From a virus (taxonomy: Duplodnaviria; Caudoviricetes): a DNA stretch of 63,125 nucleotides. The stretch's first letter is position 1; each line of letters starts with the position of its first letter. The stretch lies in the IMG/VR virus record IMGVR_UViG_3300006114_000002, positions 1-63,125 of that record. One strand, 5' to 3'. Below the pieces are notes generated by a model. It ran no database searches. It saw only the letters and a list, made by a program, of their open reading frames with translations, and had not been told where the DNA came from. Positions 55,439 through 63,125 of the stretch are shown here, piece after piece. Made by a program: the position numbers and the translations under genes.

Positions 55439-58267
55439 TTATCCTTGCTGGGGTGGTTGTTGAGGCTGCTGTGCCGCCTGTTGCTGCTGTTGAATAGCTT
55501 GCTGCTGAAGTTGCTGCTCGTGCTGCATACGCTGCTGATCGGCCTGCTGCTGCGCCTGAGCCTGCTGCTGAACCTGCTGCGCAGCCTGCTGGAATTGCTG
55601 CTGCTCGACTGCGAGACCATGCTGGCGTATGTCTTGCTCCGCTGCCTGGATAGCCTCCGCTGCGGACTGATTCTGCTCGTGCTCTAGCTGCGCCTGCTGC
55701 TGATCCATCTGTGCGCCTGCTGTGATCATCGCAGTCCGCTCCCTTGCGGAGTTGTTGATGTTTGCGAGGGCGATATCTGTAGCGTTTCTCTGGCTATCGA
55801 TGTTTGTCTGGGTCGTGTACTTAGCCTGCAACTCTGCAACCTTCTGCTGCAGCTCGGCAACCTTGAGCTGATACTCCTGCTGCGTCTTCTGCAAATCTGT
55901 CTGCATCTGAGTCTGGAACTCTTGCGCCTTGCGCTGAGTCTCGGCCATCTGCGTCTTGAGCAAGACCTGGGCAGTCGGGTCATTGTTGAGCATATTCTGC
56001 TGCTGCGCCTGCTGCGCCTGCTGAACCTTCTGTACAAGCCCCTGGATTGCTGGCATGACCGGTGCAAACGTCTGCTGCGAGTCAGCCTGCACCATCTGGG
56101 CAGCCAGTGAGAGTGCCTGCTGAGCCTCTACATCGAGAGGCTTCTCCTCATGCAATTTGAATGCTTCTTTGCCGCCGGATGCCTGTGCGACGTAGCCACG
56201 CATAGATTGCAGGTAGTGTAGCGTCAAATGCTGCTTGATGTGCTCCAGTGCGTGCGGTGCAAATACGGGGCCAATCATTGGGCTGCCGCCGTAGTTCGGG
56301 TCCTGTGCGTAAGCCAAGTGGATCTTGATGTGGGCAATATGATCCTGATCCGGGTATGCGGCGGCCATCCTGCCCATCGTCATCGAGACGTTCTCGAGAG
56401 CCGGGTTGGACTCCTTGATGCCGTCAGGGTTGGGCATGACCTCCTCGACGTTGGGGACCTTGAGCTGCCTCAAAATGCGGCCGTAGACGGCACGCATGTC
56501 GAACATTCCAGGAGGTGCAGAGGTGGCCATCTGCAGGATCGCCTGCGCCTGTGCCAGTCTCTGAGTCTCTGAGAATATGTTGGGGTCCGATACTGGGCGA
56601 ATGTCGTTATTGTCTGCAAAGTCACGTACGGCGATCTCCGTACCAGACTCGTTGTCCATCTCATCCAGGTACCAGTGGTTGATCCTGGATAGGATTGCTA
56701 GCGACTTGGCCTGGCTGCGGTGTAGTCTCGCATGTATCGATGAGAATACCTTGGCACCCTGCTCGATCAGTGCCTGCGTCGTACCGACAGGTGCATTGGC
56801 GTTGACGTCCCCGATCTTCTCCTCGGACGTCGTAACAACGCCTTTGGCTGCATCAGTCAGCCAGCCAAGGAGGTTGTAGAGTACCGAGGATGGCTGGTTG
56901 AATGGTAGCGGCATCGCCAGCTTGCGCACATCATCTACCCCAGGAGATCCCTCGATCTCGATGACCTGCGTGGGTTCCACTCGGTCAGATTGTCCAGATA
57001 TGCGTCCGCCCTTGAGCTTAAGCATTGTCTGGCTGTTGTTGATGTGAGCAGCGTCAAGGAGAGCACGAAGAGAGCCGGTAAGAGCAGCACTAAGGCCACC
57101 GATAAGGTGAGGTAGTCCAATGGCGTAAGCTCCACGCCAGGGAATAAATTTAAACTCGACGATCCAGTCGAGCTTTGTGAGTTTTTCATCTCCGTATGCC
57201 CAGTTTCGATAGAGCGATAATACCTTGCCGCTCGTGTCGTCGATTGTCAAAATGTATGGCGCACGTCTGCCGTCCGTCTCACCATCATCCTCGAGCCTCT
57301 CGAAGCATGTGATCTCATAGACACGACGCACGCCGTCGATGTTGGTGGAGGGCATCTCTTTGCCCTCGATCTTGTTGTTAGCCTTCTCGGATCGTGTCAT
57401 CTCATCCGAGGACAACTCGCCGATGTAGTCCGCATTCTCCAGATCTCTGTAGATACCCTGCTCGATGCGCTGACGGTACGTGTCCTCAGTGATGTCCTGC
57501 ACCTCAGTAGCACGCTGCGAGGTGTAGAAGTTTGTCGTGGCGTACGGGAGCAGCATGTTATCGATCGGTATCCACTCGGGCACCGGTCTCTTCTGCTCGC
57601 TGTCGTATCTCCACTTCAGGTACTGGCTACCACCCAGCGGTACCTGCGTAAGCAGTACCTCCATCTCGTCCCTGTACTCCGGGATCTGCTCCGAGAGCTG
57701 CCAGTTCATAAACTCGGCCTTGTTTGCGGCCGTCTCGGTGCGTTTCCTGTCTGCGGTGCCTTTTATTTCCGACTTAACAATCCCTTCAGGCGGGAGTAGC
57801 TCCCTTGCAGCACTGGCAGCAAAATCGACGCAAGCCTCTGCCATAACTGGGTGCACAACCTTAGAAGCCCCGTCAAACGTCGCTCCCCCGGGTGCATCTT
57901 TTCCAAGTCCTGTTCTACGGAGTCCATCCTCATACTGTTTATCTCTCTCTTTTCGTGCCTCCCGATCGATATCGATGTACTCGATGTATCGGGTTGCTAG
58001 TTCTTCAAGTAGGTCCTCATCAAAACTCTCGGCCAGATTGGCGTAAAACTCGGGCTGTTTTTGGGGGCCCTGTGTTTTTTTGTAGTTGATGATGACAGAG
58101 CCATCATCCATTTCAATGACTTCCTCCTCACCCTCGTCCTCCTCCAGGCCGAGCTCACTCTCAAGCTCGTCCATCTCCTCCTGCTGCTCTTCTGCCTCCT
58201 CCATGTCCTCATTGCGGAGGTCGGGCAGGTTAGCCCCCTGCTGAATCGGTAGGGTAGGTAGTGCCAT
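55439..58267 (-). CDS. Portal protein with Gln-rich C-terminal barrel
   Basis: F.ANLAE, GAS.V.HP..AEA, LR.L.DA, APVGTT.ALIE.G.KV.S.IH.RLH, PVSDPNIFS. Confidence 0.88.
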   Translation of the reverse strand: MALPTLPIQQGANLPDLRNEDMEEAEEQQEEMDELESELGLEEDEGEEEVIEMDDGSVIINYKKTQGPQKQPEFYANLAESFDEDLLEELATRYIEYIDIDREARKERDKQYEDGLRRTGLGKDAPGGATFDGASKVVHPVMAEACVDFAASAARELLPPEGIVKSEIKGTADRKRTETAANKAEFMNWQLSEQIPEYRDEMEVLLTQVPLGGSQYLKWRYDSEQKRPVPEWIPIDNMLLPYATTNFYTSQRATEVQDITEDTYRQRIEQGIYRDLENADYIGELSSDEMTRSEKANNKIEGKEMPSTNIDGVRRVYEITCFERLEDDGETDGRRAPYILTIDDTSGKVLSLYRNWAYGDEKLTKLDWIVEFKFIPWRGAYAIGLPHLIGGLSAALTGSLRALLDAAHINNSQTMLKLKGGRISGQSDRVEPTQVIEIEGSPGVDDVRKLAMPLPFNQPSSVLYNLLGWLTDAAKGVVTTSEEKIGDVNANAPVGTTQALIEQGAKVFSSIHARLHRSQAKSLAILSRINHWYLDEMDNESGTEIAVRDFADNNDIRPVSDPNIFSETQRLAQAQAILQMATSAPPGMFDMRAVYGRILRQLKVPNVEEVMPNPDGIKESNPALENVSMTMGRMAAAYPDQDHIAHIKIHLAYAQDPNYGGSPMIGPVFAPHALEHIKQHLTLHYLQSMRGYVAQASGGKEAFKLHEEKPLDVEAQQALSLAAQMVQADSQQTFAPVMPAIQGLVQKVQQAQQAQQQNMLNNDPTAQVLLKTQMAETQRKAQEFQTQMQTDLQKTQQEYQLKVAELQQKVAELQAKYTTQTNIDSQRNATDIALANINNSARERTAMITAGAQMDQQQAQLEHEQNQSAAEAIQAAEQDIRQHGLAVEQQQFQQAAQQVQQQAQAQQQADQQRMQHEQQLQQQAIQQQQQAAQQPQQPPQQG

Positions 58268-59872
58268 TTATTCGTTTTCCTGTAACATAAACCGGTATGG
58301 CATATTGTACGTGTCAAATGGTTCGTACTGGCTTGGGTATTTTTCACTAGCCAATCGATGTCTTTCGTTTTCTGCAGATTGTTTATATTTTGCAAAACTA
58401 GAATTTGGATTGGGGGTTCTGTTTTTTAAAATATTTATAGCTTGATTTGTGTTATCAACAAATTCGTTTGCGGTGTCACCCGCAAAATCCGCTATATCGG
58501 CTAAAAAACCTTGTTTGTACAAATTAGGCCTTCCATAAAATTCATTTAGATCTTTTTCTTCATTTTCATTTAAAGGATCTATGCGAGCCATTTCTCCAAT
58601 TGTTAAAGCTGGTAAAAAACCACCCATTGTTTTTGTTAACATAGCCGGAAGTTTTTTACCTAATACTGCTTCAGTTGCTTTTGGAGCAAGTTGATGAGAG
58701 GCCGTACCTAAATTAGCTAAATCCAACGCAGCTTCATCAAATTTACCTAAGTCAATAGATTCTGGTAATCCATACATACTTTGCGCTGCAATTAGTGCGG
58801 CACCACCCTTTGCAAATTTTTGCGGCGTGTGCCCGTGTACCGTCATCTCGGCACGCATATAGTCCGGGTTCAGGTGCCCGCCTGCCTTGAAGCCCGTATC
58901 GGGGCCGAGATCGATCTCGTTGGCGAGCCCCTGGTGCTGTGCACGCAGCCTCGATAGTGGTTTCTCAGCAGCGGATGGTGCAATGCCGGAGTCTATAGCC
59001 TGCTGCTGCCACTCTGCCAGCTGCTGTGACTGCTCTTTTGTCGGCTTGCCTGTAAAGATTGGCCTGCTGCCAAAAATACCCTCACCCTTGCCGGTGTAGT
59101 CGTGGCGTGTCGGGTTCATGTTGGCTATCGCTGCGTTTATCTCATCCTCATCCGGCTGGTGGCCAAGTTTTTTTCGCAGCATCGAGAGCAGATTGTCGGG
59201 GAGTAGTGCGTTCTCAATCCTTGAGGACCGTTCTGCAAAAAAATCTGATGATGGCGTGGTTGACTGCACGGGGGCGTCCCCGGGTCTGACGTGCGCCACG
59301 TCTCCATAGATACCCTTCTGCTCGAGTGCCGCCTTGTTCGCAACCAGGTCCTCTAAACTTGTCGTAAAAGGCTTGTGGCTCGTGCGTGTCGTCGATCTTC
59401 CAGTCATGGCCTCCGTCAGGAATGGGTCACGGTCCTCCATCGTCTTGATGCGTGGATCGTAGTACTCCTTCCTTGCACGGAAGTTTGCCGGCGTACTGCC
59501 AAATGGATCGATTGCGTAACCCTTTGCCTGCTCTGGCGTTGTCAGCTCGCCACGTGGTCCTCTTGCTGCGTTGTAGGCCTGCCCGCTAGAGTCGACAAAT
59601 ACATTCTGACCGGGCGTCGTCGCCTCGAGTCGCTTCATGTTGGGTGCCGGCCTCGTTGGTTTTGAGAAGGATGCAGCGTGCTGCTCCATCTGCGACATCT
59701 CGCTTGCGTTTGGCATGCGCCCCGATGCGACCTTGAAGCGCTCGATGGCCTTCTCCAGGAGCTGCTTGGCTCCGGGCGTCAGAGATGAGAATGGGTTACC
59801 GCCGCCAGCCAAGTGCGGTATGCCTGCCTGCTCGAACATGATCTGCTGCGGTGTCTTGATTAAGTTTGGCAT
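58268..59872 (-). CDS. Multi-module virion protein with AxGG motifs
   Basis: LAGGG, FKAGG, FAKGG. Confidence 0.65.
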   Translation of the reverse strand: MPNLIKTPQQIMFEQAGIPHLAGGGNPFSSLTPGAKQLLEKAIERFKVASGRMPNASEMSQMEQHAASFSKPTRPAPNMKRLEATTPGQNVFVDSSGQAYNAARGPRGELTTPEQAKGYAIDPFGSTPANFRARKEYYDPRIKTMEDRDPFLTEAMTGRSTTRTSHKPFTTSLEDLVANKAALEQKGIYGDVAHVRPGDAPVQSTTPSSDFFAERSSRIENALLPDNLLSMLRKKLGHQPDEDEINAAIANMNPTRHDYTGKGEGIFGSRPIFTGKPTKEQSQQLAEWQQQAIDSGIAPSAAEKPLSRLRAQHQGLANEIDLGPDTGFKAGGHLNPDYMRAEMTVHGHTPQKFAKGGAALIAAQSMYGLPESIDLGKFDEAALDLANLGTASHQLAPKATEAVLGKKLPAMLTKTMGGFLPALTIGEMARIDPLNENEEKDLNEFYGRPNLYKQGFLADIADFAGDTANEFVDNTNQAINILKNRTPNPNSSFAKYKQSAENERHRLASEKYPSQYEPFDTYNMPYRFMLQENE

Positions 59873-59897
59873 TTTAATTTTTTTGGTGAGGGTTCCC

Positions 59898-59934
59898 TAC
59901 AACTACTTATGCACAAAATTTGTTTTATTCGCCC
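59898..59934 (-). promoter_or_regulatory. Late promoter (bipartite)
   Basis: GGGC-N15-TGTGCATAAGTAG-TTGT-A. Confidence 0.78.
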
Positions 59935-61373
59935 TAGACTGCGTAGGGGTTGTAAAACTTCTTTCTGCGATCGTCGGCGTAGTCGTAGTCCCTGGCTGGT
60001 AGAGGATCCAGCTGGAGCCATCCCGAGTCCCTCAGTACACGCAGTGCCTGGCTCAGTGAGTCCACGTAGTCATCGTGCCCTCCCGCCTCTGGGAACGAGC
60101 AGACCTGCCTCATGAATCGTTTGGCCCATGGTGCTGGCTCTCCCGGCTTCTCTGGATCCTCCGGTATGTAGACCTTGCCCTTGGCTATCAGGGGTGCGAC
60201 GATGTTGATGCGCTGCACTTTGTCGGCCTTTCCGGGGTTGTATGCCCTCACCGGGACGCCAGAACCCTGCAGCTCCTGCACCAAAGATATCCCTGCAGAC
60301 TTATCCTCCATCAGTATCAGGTCCGCCTTTCTTCCTTTTGCGAAGGTGTTGTCGGCGCCGTAGACGACCTCCTTGAAGTCGGATACGACCCTCCTCCTGA
60401 GTGTCGGGTAGGCCAGGTGATCATCCCAGGCATCCAGGAGCATGACGCACGTCCCGCCATCCAGCTGCTCAAAGACTCCCCATATCTCGCACGCCGTCGG
60501 GTCGTTGTGTGTCTTCTCGCTCGTCGCAGGATCGTATGATGCGATGACGTACTCCAGGTCTGGCGTTGGTTTGTTTGCGGGCCACATCTTGAACCACCTC
60601 CGCTTGACGATGCCTGCATCCTCGGGGTCCAGGATCTCTCCATAGATCTCCTGCTTGCCCAGGTCTGTACCCTCGTACGTCTCCAGCTGCTTAAAAAACG
60701 TCTTGGATAGGTTTGCCTTGTTATCGTACGAGCTGGCGTTGACGACGTACACGTCTCCACCAATCTTGCCCTCATTCAAGTCGACTATCAACTCCCTCGG
60801 TTTGGGTGTCGTCGTGATGATCTGCTGTACTCGGCTGATCTTTGGATCCTTCAATCGAAGCGTGAACTGCACGCCATCATAGGCGTCATCCAGGTACTCA
60901 AATGCGCACAGCTCATCAAACCACGCACCGTGAAACTGTTTACCCCGGTAGCGTTCAGGCTCGGATGCCGGTATCCCCTGTATGATGGACCCGTTTATGA
61001 GGGTGATCTCAAAGAGAGACTTGTTGTAGTCCTTGATCAGGGACTTGGGTATGATGTTGAGGAGCCCCGAGTCGCCCTCGAAGCACGTCGCCCTAATATC
61101 GTTCGATGTCGGTGCCGTCACGAGCCAGCGTGTCCCTGGGTGCCTCCATGCCCTGATCCCGATCCAGTGGCTCGCAGTGTGAGTCTTGCCCGATCCACGC
61201 CCTGCGAGCATCAGAAACGTATCATACTCGCCATCCTCGGGCTCCCTCTGGTGGGGGAGGGCCTGCATGGCCCACCTGACCTGCCACAGCGTCGCATCCA
61301 GCTCCGGTTTTGGCCAGTGTTTGTTGGCCTTTGCGAACTGGGACAGCAGCTGCTCCTGTTTTTTTGTCAGCAT
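59934..61373 (-). CDS. terL: Terminase large subunit
   Basis: AGRGSGKT, WFDE, TTTP, SYD.A, EDKSAG, HDDYVDS. Confidence 0.95.
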   Translation of the reverse strand: MLTKKQEQLLSQFAKANKHWPKPELDATLWQVRWAMQALPHQREPEDGEYDTFLMLAGRGSGKTHTASHWIGIRAWRHPGTRWLVTAPTSNDIRATCFEGDSGLLNIIPKSLIKDYNKSLFEITLINGSIIQGIPASEPERYRGKQFHGAWFDELCAFEYLDDAYDGVQFTLRLKDPKISRVQQIITTTPKPRELIVDLNEGKIGGDVYVVNASSYDNKANLSKTFFKQLETYEGTDLGKQEIYGEILDPEDAGIVKRRWFKMWPANKPTPDLEYVIASYDPATSEKTHNDPTACEIWGVFEQLDGGTCVMLLDAWDDHLAYPTLRRRVVSDFKEVVYGADNTFAKGRKADLILMEDKSAGISLVQELQGSGVPVRAYNPGKADKVQRINIVAPLIAKGKVYIPEDPEKPGEPAPWAKRFMRQVCSFPEAGGHDDYVDSLSQALRVLRDSGWLQLDPLPARDYDYADDRRKKFYNPYAV

Positions 61374-62347
61374 AGCGTTATAAACCCCTCACCGATGCAG
61401 AAAAACCCGCCGGTATCGACAAAAATGCGTTTTTTTGGCTCAATTTTTGTAATTTTGCGTATAAATCTGCGTCTGAATCGATTTGCGGGGTCTTTTTTGT
61501 GCTGATTCTCGATCAGTGGTATCCCCGTCCTGAAAAATAGCCTAAATTTTGCCCCCGTCTTCTTCTCGACCATGACTGTCCTGATCCCGAGCGACTCCAC
61601 AACGCCCTGTATCCGCTTAACCAGCGAGTAGTCACGGCTCATGAACCTGAATACGTCCATCTTTTTGTCGTAGGAGTGCCTTTTGTCAAAAAATATGCCC
61701 CTCAGTAGGTCAATCCTCTGATGCTCTGAGGATATAAGGTACTCATCCGGTATCGTGTGCTGCTTCTCTGGGTACTTTGTCAAAAAAGCGTGCTGTATGT
61801 TGGGCCTGAGCTCCAGGTGTATCCTGTCGTACTCCCTCTTTACACGCTTGGCGTTGTAGCCGTACCTCCTGAAGTGGTTGACGTAGCTGTTGACCATGTG
61901 TTTCTCGACGGACAGGTTGGGTGTGTTGGATGTCCTCGTGAACCATACCCCGACTATGAAGGGGGGTACCGGCAAATTTACCTCCGGCAGCTGTATAGGT
62001 TGGGTATTTTTTACAGAGAAACGGTACCGGTTGTCTGCCTCAGGCATTGTCAGGCCAGCCTCCAGTATCTCGTCAATCGTCTTGATCATCCCCTTGGCTT
62101 TGTACCCCCTCGATCGTATGTTGCGTATGTTCAGGTTCTCTACGGGTAGCGTCGTGTTGCCGTCCGCCAGTATCGATACACCATCATCAAACACGACCTC
62201 ATAGCAGTCGCCCTCATCATAGACCTGGATCGTCTTGATCTCCTGGGGCATTCCCATCTCGTCAAAGACATAGTCTCCAGGCTTGAGGAGGCCTGCGAGC
62301 GTCCAGCCCTCGGATGTTATGACGGGCGTATTGACCTCAATCGCCAT
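61367..62347 (-). CDS. Free-standing intein-like protein (Hint + LAGLIDADG), splicing residues degenerate
   Basis: AI..NTP..T..GW...G.LK.GD.VFD..G.P; CYEV.F.DG..I.AD; LPVPP...G.W; IP.EYL..S..QR..LL.G; ends FITLC-stop. Confidence 0.75.
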   Translation of the reverse strand: MAIEVNTPVITSEGWTLAGLLKPGDYVFDEMGMPQEIKTIQVYDEGDCYEVVFDDGVSILADGNTTLPVENLNIRNIRSRGYKAKGMIKTIDEILEAGLTMPEADNRYRFSVKNTQPIQLPEVNLPVPPFIVGVWFTRTSNTPNLSVEKHMVNSYVNHFRRYGYNAKRVKREYDRIHLELRPNIQHAFLTKYPEKQHTIPDEYLISSEHQRIDLLRGIFFDKRHSYDKKMDVFRFMSRDYSLVKRIQGVVESLGIRTVMVEKKTGAKFRLFFRTGIPLIENQHKKDPANRFRRRFIRKITKIEPKKRIFVDTGGFFCIGEGFITLC

Positions 62348-62618
62348 TCTGCTTACCCAGTACCCAGGTATTGAGATACTTCCCGATAGGGTCACGTATC
62401 TGTCTCTGTATATTCTCAGGGAGGGACTGTATCTGTACCTCCTTCGTCAACATCATGCGGTACTTCATGTACTGCAGTATGGTCTTGGGAAAGACGTGCT
62501 CGGGTATATCGACCTCGTAGAAGTTTGTCGATGTCCACAGGAAGACACGAAAGCCTTTCACGTTCTGCTTTCGATCCTCGAGTGCCCCCTGAATTTGGTA
62601 TGCGTATTCTTGATCCAT
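62337..62618 (-). CDS. Hypothetical protein, probably leaderless
   Basis: ATG coincides with predicted +1 of late promoter. Confidence 0.65.
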   Translation of the reverse strand: MDQEYAYQIQGALEDRKQNVKGFRVFLWTSTNFYEVDIPEHVFPKTILQYMKYRMMLTKEVQIQSLPENIQRQIRDPIGKYLNTWVLGKQNGD

Positions 62619-62654
62619 ACACCCACTAATGCAAACTCGTAACCATTGCAGCCC
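62618..62654 (-). promoter_or_regulatory. Late promoter (bipartite) for terL operon
   Basis: GGGC-N15-TTTGCATTAGTGG-GTGT-A. Confidence 0.75.
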
Positions 62655-62894
62655 CTTTTTAAAAAATTAAAATTAAGACCCGCATAAACATTGGCCTGGA
62701 CACGGTGTGACGGGGTTTGCGTGGCGTCTTTATTAGTTCTAGCTGTTTTTAGGCTATTTTTAGGACTCTTAAAAAGACGTAGAATGGCTCTGGCATTGGC
62801 TCCAGAGTACCGTGACGGGGTTCCAACCCGCATGCCTGTTGGGTTTGGCTGGGATTTCCACTCCCTTATCTTCAATCCTAGACGCTGGAGAAGC

Positions 62895-63050
62895 GCATGG
62901 ATAAAGGCTTTGACTAGGTTGACTAACTCTTTTTATTATTATTATTATTATTATTATTAAAAAATAAAAAATAAATATAGAAGCAGTATAGTGGGATTTT
63001 GACAATAATCCTAGCCAACCTAGTCAGAGGCGCATGAATAAAGGCTCTCC
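62895..63050. other. Putative replication origin B, inverted homolog of origin A
   Basis: TGACTAGGT iteron, (ATT)n AT-rich core, TCCTAGCCA/ACCTAGTCA; 63032-63050 is an 18/19 reverse complement of 7739-7757. Confidence 0.65.
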
Positions 63051-63125
63051 TTGCGGCGTGGTCTTTTTACAACACTCATCGATCCTAGCCAATCCGGTCA
63101 TTTTGCCAAATTTTGCAAAAAAAAA
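63016..63125. repeat. Terminal direct repeat (copy of 1-110)
   Basis: Identity with window start. Confidence 0.95.

Noticed and set aside
61360-61380. Programmed frameshift fusing intein to TerL
   Set aside because: No convincing slippery heptamer before the stop and splicing residues are missing; ordinary start-stop overlap suffices

Overview
The window looks like one complete, circularised ~63.0 kb dsDNA tailed-phage genome: positions 1-110 equal 63016-63125. No integrase, tape-measure or sheath gene is recognisable, so it is probably lytic and podovirus-like. The host is probably a Gram-negative proteobacterium (spanins, NtrC- and Fur-like sites). Plus strand 0.8-23.4 kb carries early cassettes, a truncated sigma factor and an APSE-like replication set (prim-pol/SF3 helicase, VRR-NUC, SNF2, DUF2800, DUF2815 SSB, PolA), plus NrdAB, TerS and tRNA-Thr. 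Minus strand 62.6-23.4 kb carries TerL, portal, GroES-like protein, capsid, fibres, a GT2-TPR, lysis, tail and ejection proteins. Main discoveries: (1) an apparently split sigma factor, with regions 1.2-3 at 3613 and a free region-4-like gene at 14388, matched by seven bipartite late promoters (GGGC-N15-TTTGCATWAGTAG-N3-TA) and two replication promoters lacking the GGGC; (2) a non-coding array of host-regulator-like operators, with six NtrC-type sites at exact 21-bp period, two more 32 bp apart, two Fur boxes and other palindromes; (3) a recurring [FY]-A/K-x-G-G motif that separates modules in virion proteins; (4) two inverted origin-like elements; (5) a free-standing degenerate intein coupled to terL. 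All protein calls come from motif recognition by eye, not database searches.
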